A stretch of DNA of 64,000 bases, from positions 37,472-101,471 of IMG/VR virus record IMGVR_UViG_3300045988_037736; one strand, given 5' to 3'. The stretch comes from a virus. This document shows, piece after piece, positions 56,646-63,549 of the stretch. The translations under genes were made by a program, and so were the position numbers. Each line of letters starts with the position of its first letter. Position 1 is the stretch's first letter. Under the pieces are notes generated by a model that ran no database searches, was not told the DNA's origin, and saw only the letters and a program-made list of their open reading frames with translations.

Positions 56646-56882
56646 ATCTGTAGGTTGTGAGTTCGAGTCTCACTGGAATCACTATTATTATTAGATGGTC
56701 ATGACCTTCGACCGAAAAAAGGCAGTACCCTGCATACTCTAATGTAGGCTTCTGAATAGGATAAGTTGTGCCGAGTTGAAACCATAAAGAAGAGAAACTA
56801 AAGGTTGGACAAATGAATGAGGCTAAAAACAAAACTTGCTTCGGAGTTTTGTTATAAATACATTTTTGAAGAAGCAACATCT

Positions 56883-57275
56883 GGGGCATATCTGGTATTT
56901 GATTGCAAATTATTAGGTAAGAGAACATGCAAGAGGGCATACTCTATAAATAGCAAGTAAACTTAGATGCAGAAGTTGATGAAACTCCTGTGAGAATGGC
57001 TGCATAAGCTTGACTCTGAGCAGCACTTGCTTGGAAACAGAAAGGTGCAAAAGTCTGAAAGGAAACTAAGACTGGCAGTCCGAGGTCCTAGTGCTTAATT
57101 AGCTCTGATATGCACGGAGAAGGTAAGCCAACTTTTTCTCTGTTTATGGACAATAAAACAGAGTGGTGGAAAGACAACTAGTCAACCCTGTGAAGAAAAC
57201 ACTCCAAATTGAAAAGCATGTACAATTCTCTTATGTGAAGTTTGTAAGACGAGGGTTCGACTCCCTCATGCTCCA
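56883..57275 (+). ncRNA. ssrA: tmRNA (ssrA-like), ~393 nt, standard (non-permuted) form
   Basis: 5' GGGGCATATCTGGTATTTGATTGC resembles the E. coli 5' end GGGGCTGATTCTGGATTCGAC. The 3' end GACGAGGGTTCGACTCCCTCATGCTCCA resembles GACGCGGGTTCAACTCCCGCCAGCTCCA. The terminal strands pair 7/7, including G3:U70, with discriminator A. Internal frame GCA GAA GTT GAT GAA ACT CCT GTG AGA ATG GCT GCA TAA (AEVDETPVRMAA*) at 56969..57007, ~86 nt from the 5' end, preceded by AAATAG. Confidence 0.6.
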
Positions 57276-57299
57276 CTAATTAAAACCCAAGATTAACAA

Positions 57300-57914
57300 A
57301 TGGAAACAAGAAATGTAACACTGACTCTTGACAAGGCTAAAGAGTTCTATAACAGTGGCAATGATGCTCTCAGAGAGGTAGCATTGCAAGCCTTCACAGA
57401 GAATGAACTCAAGGAAGTACACTACACTGACATCAAGACCTTTGAGGATGCTTGCAAGGCTCTTGGTCTTAGTGAAGGCAATGTAAACTATGACATAGAG
57501 AGAATAGAAGAGGCAGAGTGTGGACTTGGCAAGCACCTTATAGCCATCTACAAACTGGACATCATCCGCAAGGCTCTTAATGGAGGTTGGGAGCCTAAAC
57601 TCACCAAGGGAGACATCTACTATAGCTGGGTAAGGTTCTATCTTCCTAACAAGAAACCTTCTGACAAGAAGACCATTGCAACACTCAAAGCTGATGGTCA
57701 GAAGTACCTTCTGGTTTGCAGTTGTGGTGGCTACGGGTCCTGCGCTGGTCTCGGTTTCTTCGACTCTGGGTGTGGGTGTGGTAACTCGTATGCTTTTTTG
57801 GGCTTGCTCTGTTGCAAAAGCAGAGAGATAGCTCAGTATATGAGTACACAGTTCGGTGAATACATCTTTGATGCTTGCTATGCTCAGCATCTAGGTGCAT
57901 ATGAGTGGGTATGA
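57300..57914 (+). CDS. Hypothetical protein (204 aa) with Cys/Gly-rich C-terminal region
   Basis: Intact ORF; LLVCSCGGYGSCAGLGFFDSGCGCGNSY. Confidence 0.45.
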   Translation: METRNVTLTLDKAKEFYNSGNDALREVALQAFTENELKEVHYTDIKTFEDACKALGLSEGNVNYDIERIEEAECGLGKHLIAIYKLDIIRKALNGGWEPKLTKGDIYYSWVRFYLPNKKPSDKKTIATLKADGQKYLLVCSCGGYGSCAGLGFFDSGCGCGNSYAFLGLLCCKSREIAQYMSTQFGEYIFDACYAQHLGAYEWV

Positions 57915-58046
57915 AGCCTAAGACAAAAGGTAAAAATCATTATGGCAGTGGCTGCACTTTGTTGTAGTCATTGTCATTAATTCTCTCAATCCTGCTCAGA
58001 GTATGGCTTAACAAATTATACTTTAACTGGCTAATAAAGTAGACAA

Positions 58047-58487
58047 ATGGCAAAAATAAACTTTACACAAGAACATTTTGCTCAGATGCAGCATCTCCTC
58101 CTTGGAATGCTCATGAGCAATACAACTATCACTACCAAATTGGGTGGTGAACTTAATGTGGTAGAACTCCTTCACACTACCACAATCAACACTCTCAACT
58201 CTATCAGGCTGAGCTTGGCTAAGCACATAGAAAACCTTGAGAGCAAGGATGAATGGATTGCAGACAATGCAAGCCAGGAAGCCCTTGACAAAGCAAAAGC
58301 TCAGAAGGAGCTTGTAAACCTTATCATAGGTTACAAGAGGTATGTGCTGGAAAAGGAAGAGACCAAGAGGAAGAAGCTTGCACTTGAGGCAAAGCTTGCT
58401 GAACTCAAAGAGTCTCAGAAGACTCCTGAAGACAAGATTAAGGAGCTTGAAGCTGAGCTTGCTGGTCTTGACAGCACAGAGTTTTAA
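58047..58487 (+). CDS. Coiled-coil protein (146 aa)
   Basis: Intact ORF; C-terminal Lys/Glu-rich heptads. Confidence 0.45.
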   Translation: MAKINFTQEHFAQMQHLLLGMLMSNTTITTKLGGELNVVELLHTTTINTLNSIRLSLAKHIENLESKDEWIADNASQEALDKAKAQKELVNLIIGYKRYVLEKEETKRKKLALEAKLAELKESQKTPEDKIKELEAELAGLDSTEF

Positions 58488-58588
58488 GGAAATGTAGGAG
58501 ACCAAGGTAATATAGTTCAAAGTACAAGAGAATACCTACATAACCTTAATTCTGTTACTTACAAAATCAAAACAAAATACTAATCAAA

Positions 58589-60418
58589 ATGGTAGAAGTA
58601 AAGCTTAACAAAAGTAACGAAAATCCTTTCTATGGTATGAAAGCCTGCCTTAATCTTATGAGGAGTGTAGGGCAGACTATCACGTCTAAGATGCTTGATG
58701 AAGCATATGCAGAAGTGAAAGGTAATAAAGAGAAGAAGGAGATGTTCTACTCTCTGCTCTTCTCAATAGGAGACATTACAGCCCGACAGCACAACATCTT
58801 CAAGAACATTAAGAGAGATTCTGGTGGAAATGCCAACAGGGAAGGCTTTCATGCTGTTCTTGAATGGATGTGGAATAATAACAGGGAACAGTTTGCCAAG
58901 TTCCTTGTTGCAGGATTGTTCAATGAATATTCCTGCTTTGATGCCCTGCTCAGGAACAGAGTACAGACCAAAGGCTCTAAAGTCATCAAAGTGTATGATA
59001 CACTGAACAATGACATGTATAGAGCATATATGGTCCAGTACCTCTATGCAGTTATCAATGGCAACAATAGATTCAACAAGACACTTGTTGCCAAGTTCCT
59101 CTCTCTCCCCAGACTCTCTAAGAGAAAAGGGCATAAAAGGATGCTTCCTGAGACAAGAAAGGTCATGGAAGGAAAGGTTAAACTGCTCAAGGAGCTGTCT
59201 AACCTTATGGGTTGGGAGTATGAAATAACTCCCACTATTGTCAACTTCAAAGGCTATAGAGCTTGGAGGAAAGAGTATAATAAAGACCTTGAGTCTGTTA
59301 TATTCTCTACAGGTACTATATCTGAGATGAACAGAGACTCCTTCCTCAAATGGTTTGATGCTCTTCCTGCACAAGCAAGATTCAGGGTCAAGAACAGAAT
59401 CCTTTACTCAAAGGTGAAAGACTCTGAAGAGGCTAAGTACCCTCAGTTACAGAAGTGGTATGCTGAGTGGGAGCAGTACAAGACCACAAAGCAGCAAGAA
59501 CAGAGAGTTCTTGAAGAGAAGGTAAGACAGGGTCAAGCAACTGTTGAAGACAAGGCTAAACTTGAGAAAGTTAAGAAGCAGGCTAAGGTGACAGTTGGAG
59601 CTACAAACTTCAATGAAATCTATGAGCAAATCTGCAATGGCAGAATTGACCCTCTAAAGCTTGAATCATTCATGAATAAGGTAAATCTGCCTTACAACAG
59701 CCTTGTTATCATTGATGACTCTGGCTCTATGAGTGGTGCTCCCTTCAACTTTGCTGCATTTATGGCAGCAGTATGTCTCTGCAAGAATCCTGATGATGAT
59801 GGCAGGAACCTCCTTGGCTTCTTCAACACAGGCAGTCATTGGCATAGCTTCATTGACAGCACTGCACAAGCAACTCCCAACTCTATCATGAGAAGGAATG
59901 CTTCTGTGAAGACAAGACCCTCTGCCTTTGTAGACCCTGAGAAGAGTTTCTTGGAGAACTACAATAACATAGCCTCATTCTGTAGGTCTGTGTTCAATGG
60001 TGGTTGCACTAATATCAGTGCTATCCCTGATGGTCTTCACTATGTATGTCAGAAGCACCCTGAAATACTGGATGCTCTGAAGGCATATCCTGTGTGGACT
60101 ATCATCTCTGATGGTGAATGGAATAATCTTCATTCACCTGAAGCCTCTATGAATGACTTCATGAGGAAGTGTGAGAACTACTTTGGTTTCAAACCTTTCA
60201 TTGTGGCTATTGATGCCAAGAAAGGATGGGGTTGGGATGACTCCAAAGTGGAAAGGTTCAGTGGTATAGACAATATGATGTATATACCTGCAAACCCTGC
60301 TCAGATTGAGCAGTTCCTTACAAACTTCAGGGATATGGATGTCTTTGATGTCTATACTCCTTTGCAGTCACTTCATAGGAGCAATAGGTATGATTTAGTA
60401 AGGGCTAATGTCCTCTAA
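58589..60418 (+). CDS. von Willebrand factor A (vWA) domain protein (609 aa)
   Basis: MIDAS motif DxSxS in LVIIDDSGSMSGAPF plus a downstream T...D pattern; a large N-terminal helical domain of unknown function; preceded by a TTACTTACAAAATC motif variant. Confidence 0.55.
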   Translation: MVEVKLNKSNENPFYGMKACLNLMRSVGQTITSKMLDEAYAEVKGNKEKKEMFYSLLFSIGDITARQHNIFKNIKRDSGGNANREGFHAVLEWMWNNNREQFAKFLVAGLFNEYSCFDALLRNRVQTKGSKVIKVYDTLNNDMYRAYMVQYLYAVINGNNRFNKTLVAKFLSLPRLSKRKGHKRMLPETRKVMEGKVKLLKELSNLMGWEYEITPTIVNFKGYRAWRKEYNKDLESVIFSTGTISEMNRDSFLKWFDALPAQARFRVKNRILYSKVKDSEEAKYPQLQKWYAEWEQYKTTKQQEQRVLEEKVRQGQATVEDKAKLEKVKKQAKVTVGATNFNEIYEQICNGRIDPLKLESFMNKVNLPYNSLVIIDDSGSMSGAPFNFAAFMAAVCLCKNPDDDGRNLLGFFNTGSHWHSFIDSTAQATPNSIMRRNASVKTRPSAFVDPEKSFLENYNNIASFCRSVFNGGCTNISAIPDGLHYVCQKHPEILDALKAYPVWTIISDGEWNNLHSPEASMNDFMRKCENYFGFKPFIVAIDAKKGWGWDDSKVERFSGIDNMMYIPANPAQIEQFLTNFRDMDVFDVYTPLQSLHRSNRYDLVRANVL

Positions 60419-60576
60419 AAATATACCTCCTTTTTCCTAAATGATACTTACAATTATAACTGACTATTTTCGCTTTTTTCATAGATTATACAAAGTTTAA
60501 CTAAGTATCAAACTTCCTAAGGTATAGAGGGAGAAATACCCTCTATACCTACAAATTAGACACTTACAATACTATA

Positions 60577-60649
60577 ATATATTTAGCTCATTTGGTAGAG
60601 CAAAAGATTTTTAATCTTTGAGTAGAAGGTTCGATTCCTTTAATATACT
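60577..60649 (+). tRNA. tRNA-Lys (TTT)
   Basis: AT-rich acceptor; D-arm GCTC-ATTTGGTA-GAGC; anticodon stem AAAGA/TCTTT, loop TTTTTAA; T-loop TTCGATT. Confidence 0.6.
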
Positions 60650-60666
60650 TTTTAGTGTCTATAATT

Positions 60667-60747
60667 GGAGGAGCAGCTCAAATAGTGGAAGAGCATCATC
60701 TGAATTAATAAGGATGAAGAGTGCAGGTTCAAGTCCTGTCTCCCCCA
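60667..60747 (+). other. Atypical tRNA with canonical acceptor, D- and T-arms but a 12-nt anticodon loop (TGAATTAATAAG)
   Basis: GGAGGAG-CA-GCTC-AAATAGTGGAA-GAGC-A-TCATC-TGAATTAATAAG-GATGA-AGAGT-GCAGG-TTCAAGT-CCTGT-CTCCCCC-A. Confidence 0.4.
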
Positions 60748-60794
60748 CAGTTTTCATTTTTCATGTCTCAAGATACTTACAATACTAACTTTTT

Positions 60795-60872
60795 ACAGGT
60801 TCGAGTCCTGTATTACCCTACAGTGGGTGATTGGTGCAATGGTTGACACGACAGATTGCAGGTCTGTTTCAT
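60795..60872 (+). other. Permuted tRNA-like unit: [T-arm + 3' acceptor strand] followed by [5' acceptor + D-arm + anticodon arm (GCA)]
   Basis: ACAGG-TTCGAGT-CCTGT-ATTACCC-T acag GGGTGAT-TG-GTG-CAATGGTTGA-CAC-G-ACAGA-TTGCAGG-TCTGT-TTCAT. Acceptor strands complementary 7/7 (one G-U). Confidence 0.4.
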
Positions 60873-61052
60873 AGTATAAGTATCTATTTTCTTTAACATA
60901 TGGAGAGGTAGTTAAAATAAAATTGAAGTAGTAACTATTGTTACTTACAATACTACAATTCAAAAGGTTATAACATTTGTTCCATACACAAAAACATGGA
61001 GGTTCGAGTCCTCCCCTCTCCACAAACAGCTACTTACAAAGCTACTACTATC

Positions 61053-61133
61053 GTAAGTTCGACTCTTACATTATCCACCTATTGGGGGATGATTAGCTTA
61101 GTGGTAAAGCAAACAACTTGTAATTGTTCAGTA
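61053..61133 (+). other. Second permuted tRNA-like unit: [T-arm + 3' acceptor] followed by [5' acceptor + D-arm + anticodon arm (TGT)]
   Basis: GTAAG-TTCGACT-CTTAC-ATTATCC-A cctattgg GGATGAT-TA-GCTT-AGTGGTAA-AGC-A-AACAA-CTTGTAA-TTGTT-CAG. Acceptor strands 7/7 (one G-U). Same breakpoint (between variable loop and T-stem) as the first unit. Confidence 0.4.
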
Positions 61134-61149
61134 TAAAGTAGCTACATTT

Positions 61150-61286
61150 AGGGTGTTCGTCTAGTGGTTAGGACGGAAGTTTATTCTATCTAAGTAACAG
61201 TTTGTTACTTATAATAAGTCAATAGCTTTATAGTGTTTAGAATTTATCGGGTTCTTCAGACAGAGGTTCAATTCCTCTACACCCTA
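61150..61286 (+). other. Split tRNA-like gene: 5' half (acceptor AGGGTGT + D-arm + GAAG) ... ~70-nt insert ... 3' half (CTTC + T-arm + ACACCCT-A)
   Basis: Acceptor strands complementary 7/7; the insert contains the hairpin AAGTAAC-agttt-GTTACTT followed by ATAATAAG (a motif variant). Confidence 0.35.
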
Positions 61287-61318
61287 CTACAGTCACTTAC
61301 AATATCTTAAATAAATTA

Positions 61319-61392
61319 GACAAATTAGCTCACTTGGATAGAGCGTAAGCTTCGGGTACTTAAGGTAGGTGGTTCAATTCCATCATTTGTGA
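61319..61392 (+). tRNA. tRNA, anticodon ambiguous (candidate CGG or TCG; loop region GTAAGCTTCGGGTACTTA)
   Basis: D-arm GCTC-ACTTGGATA-GAGC; T-arm GGTGG-TTCAATT-CCATC; acceptor 6/7; preceded by the motif at 61295. Confidence 0.45.
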
Positions 61393-61438
61393 ATTATTAG
61401 TGACTATTTAACTCAATGTTTCATTCCAAAAAAAAATA

Positions 61439-61771
61439 ATGGAAGACAAAAAAAAAGTAGAAATCCCTGAGAAACTCCTTCAGGTAGTCGATGAGGAACG
61501 ACTCAATAAAGTCCTCAAACAGGTAGAACAGATAGAAGAAGAGTACCACATTGAACAAGGTGTGACCAAGGAAGTCCTCAATATGATGAAGGGCAAGAGA
61601 GTCTGTGACACTATGCACACAATCATAGCACTGGCTCAGGCCCAGTCTGTTTGGGTACTGCACAGTATCTATGATACATTGGCTCTCATGCTTAGAAGGG
61701 CAGCTCTGAAAGAGATTATGGCTAAGCTGGAAGTTGAGAAAGCTAAAGAAAACACAACCTCAGAAGAATGA
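61439..61771 (+). CDS. Hypothetical protein (110 aa)
   Basis: Intact ORF. Confidence 0.45.
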   Translation: MEDKKKVEIPEKLLQVVDEERLNKVLKQVEQIEEEYHIEQGVTKEVLNMMKGKRVCDTMHTIIALAQAQSVWVLHSIYDTLALMLRRAALKEIMAKLEVEKAKENTTSEE

Positions 61772-62154
61772 GTGAAATCAAGGTAAGACTTAGCATGGAA
61801 GTACCAGGTGCTACCATGCTAAGCTCGCAGGACTGCGAAAAAATGTCCAAAAAAAAAGATGCCTATGACCATACCACAATGGTGGTAAAGCATCAGGTAA
61901 AGAAGGGGAGAAAACTGGTAACAGAAAAAGAAACCCTTCATATCAATACAAGGAAGTCAAAGCCCGCAAAGCAGTGCATCTCCATCAGCAAAGAAGCTTA
62001 CAGCTACATGACTGATGGAAGGGAAATACCTTCAGCAAGGATGCTCAAGGTATGGGGGAACATGACAACTGCTCAGAGACTTGAATATCACCTTGGTCTC
62101 ATAGCAGAGAGTCTTGGTGCAACTTCCTTCAGCTATGAGGTCTTAGACGACTAA
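61768..62154 (+). CDS. Hypothetical protein (128 aa)
   Basis: 4-nt overlap with the upstream gene (operon-like). Confidence 0.45.
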   Translation: MSEIKVRLSMEVPGATMLSSQDCEKMSKKKDAYDHTTMVVKHQVKKGRKLVTEKETLHINTRKSKPAKQCISISKEAYSYMTDGREIPSARMLKVWGNMTTAQRLEYHLGLIAESLGATSFSYEVLDD

Positions 62155-62416
62155 GTAGCAAAAAGTACTTAAGTACAAGAAGAGGTGAGAGAGTGTATTC
62201 ATTCCCTTACCTCTTTTTTTTTGCAAAGTTCAACAACATGAAAGCAATATTATTACTTATAATATTCCTCCTTTATATCATATGTCCTCTATATAAGTAT
62301 TATGAGCCAAAGATTGAAATTATAGTGCTTATAAAGCATTATAGAATCTACCTACGGTATAATACTTGGGATGGTCCATGTTACAAAAGAAGAGTGTACA
62401 AATACTTATTTGAGAT

Positions 62417-62635
62417 ATGAGCAAAGGTAAGAAGTACAAAACTCCGCTAAGACATCAAAACAAGAGAATCAACAAGAGAGGCTGGTCTTGGGGATTCTAC
62501 AACTGTAGAGTTGGTGGTAAGGACAAATTCACTTTCAAGCACATCAGAAGAGGCAAGTTCTTTAAGAACTTAGACGCAATGAAACTATCTATGACTAAGC
62601 TATGGAGAAGAGAATGGTGGGCTTGGAATATATAA
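62417..62635 (+). CDS. Small basic protein (72 aa)
   Basis: Lys/Arg/Trp-rich; nucleic-acid-binding-like composition. Confidence 0.35.
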   Translation: MSKGKKYKTPLRHQNKRINKRGWSWGFYNCRVGGKDKFTFKHIRRGKFFKNLDAMKLSMTKLWRREWWAWNI

Positions 62636-62934
62636 ACTGAGAGAAAATGAATAAGATAATTAAATTATCCATATGGGTAGTAATGTATTCACAGTATTAT
62701 CTATACAGACTAAGTGTTTCACATCAATTAAATAAACAAAAAAAACAAAAATGAAAGCAAAAATGTAAAGAATAAGGCTATTCAAGAGGCTCAGAAGGCT
62801 CAAAAAAAAAGAATAGTAGCTGTGCTAAAAAAGCCAATGCAAAGAGCTTACTTGTGGCTGCATAGGCAGAAGCTGAAAGCAAACAGAAAGCAATGAGAAA
62901 ACTTGTAAACTTCCTAAACAGAGAAGTATAGACA

Positions 62935-63549
62935 ATGAGAGATAGAATCAAAAACTTCATCAAAGTAGCATTGATGATAGGGACATGCTTGGCTGGTATT
63001 TTCTTCATATATCAACTTGAAGGAAAAGCCACTACTCCTAATCATAATGTTACCCCTCCTGATACTGTGGCATCAGTTCCAGTGTTCATGGACAAATCTG
63101 CAAAAGAGGGACTGAAAGATGCCCTCAAGTATTATGATATTCAGCATCCTAATATAGTATATGCTCAAGCATTGCTTGAAACAGGTCACTTTAAGTCAGT
63201 AGGATGCTTGAGACATAATAATTTATTTGGCTTATATAACAACAAAGCTAAGAGATATTGTAGATTCAACCACTGGACAGAGAGTGTTATAGCATACAAG
63301 GAGTGGATACAAAAGAGATACAAACCTCCGGAGGACTACTATAGTTTCCTTCGGAAAATGGGGTATGCAAAAGACCCCAAGTACATTCACAAACTTAAAC
63401 AGATAGTTAACAGTAATGACAAGAGAAGAAGTCTTGGAGGAGGTAAAGACTATCCCCAACAGGAATGTCTTGCTGACCTTACCAACTGGGTTTGGAAAGA
63501 GCAGAAATGCTATAGAGAGGATAAAACATTTTGCAAAGAGGAAGCATAA
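62935..63549 (+). CDS. Membrane-anchored N-acetylglucosaminidase (Glucosaminidase/FlgJ-type lysin domain)
   Basis: N-terminal transmembrane or signal-anchor segment IKVALMIGTCLAGIFFIY; glucosaminidase signature AQALLETGHFKS...NNLFGL. Confidence 0.6.
   Translation: MRDRIKNFIKVALMIGTCLAGIFFIYQLEGKATTPNHNVTPPDTVASVPVFMDKSAKEGLKDALKYYDIQHPNIVYAQALLETGHFKSVGCLRHNNLFGLYNNKAKRYCRFNHWTESVIAYKEWIQKRYKPPEDYYSFLRKMGYAKDPKYIHKLKQIVNSNDKRRSLGGGKDYPQQECLADLTNWVWKEQKCYREDKTFCKEEA

Larger units (their letters stand above)
56043..56681 (+). pseudogene. tRNA gene split in its anticodon loop by a ~566-nt insertion (5' half 56043..56077; 3' half 56644..56681)
   Basis: 5' half GGTTCCA-TA-GCTC-AAATGGATA-GAGC-A-ACAGA-CTT...; 3' half ...AAA-TCTGT-AGGTT-GTGAG-TTCGAGT-CTCAC-TGGAATC-A. 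Acceptor 7/7 and anticodon stem 5/5 complementary. The body is highly similar to tRNA-Arg(CCT) at 55799. The insertion carries tRNA-Arg(TCT) and an HNH endonuclease ORF. Confidence 0.5.

Noticed and set aside
56563-56940. 125-aa minus-strand ORF
   Set aside because: Overlaps the tRNA 3' half and the 5' part of the proposed tmRNA. Cys/Phe-rich low-complexity translation, likely spurious.
57276-57890. 204-aa minus-strand ORF
   Set aside because: Exact antisense shadow of the plus-strand ORF 57300..57914, which continues the plus-strand operon. The minus-strand product is Leu/Ser-rich, a low-complexity translation.
58763-59374. 203-aa minus-strand ORF
   Set aside because: Antisense to the vWA gene 58589..60418.
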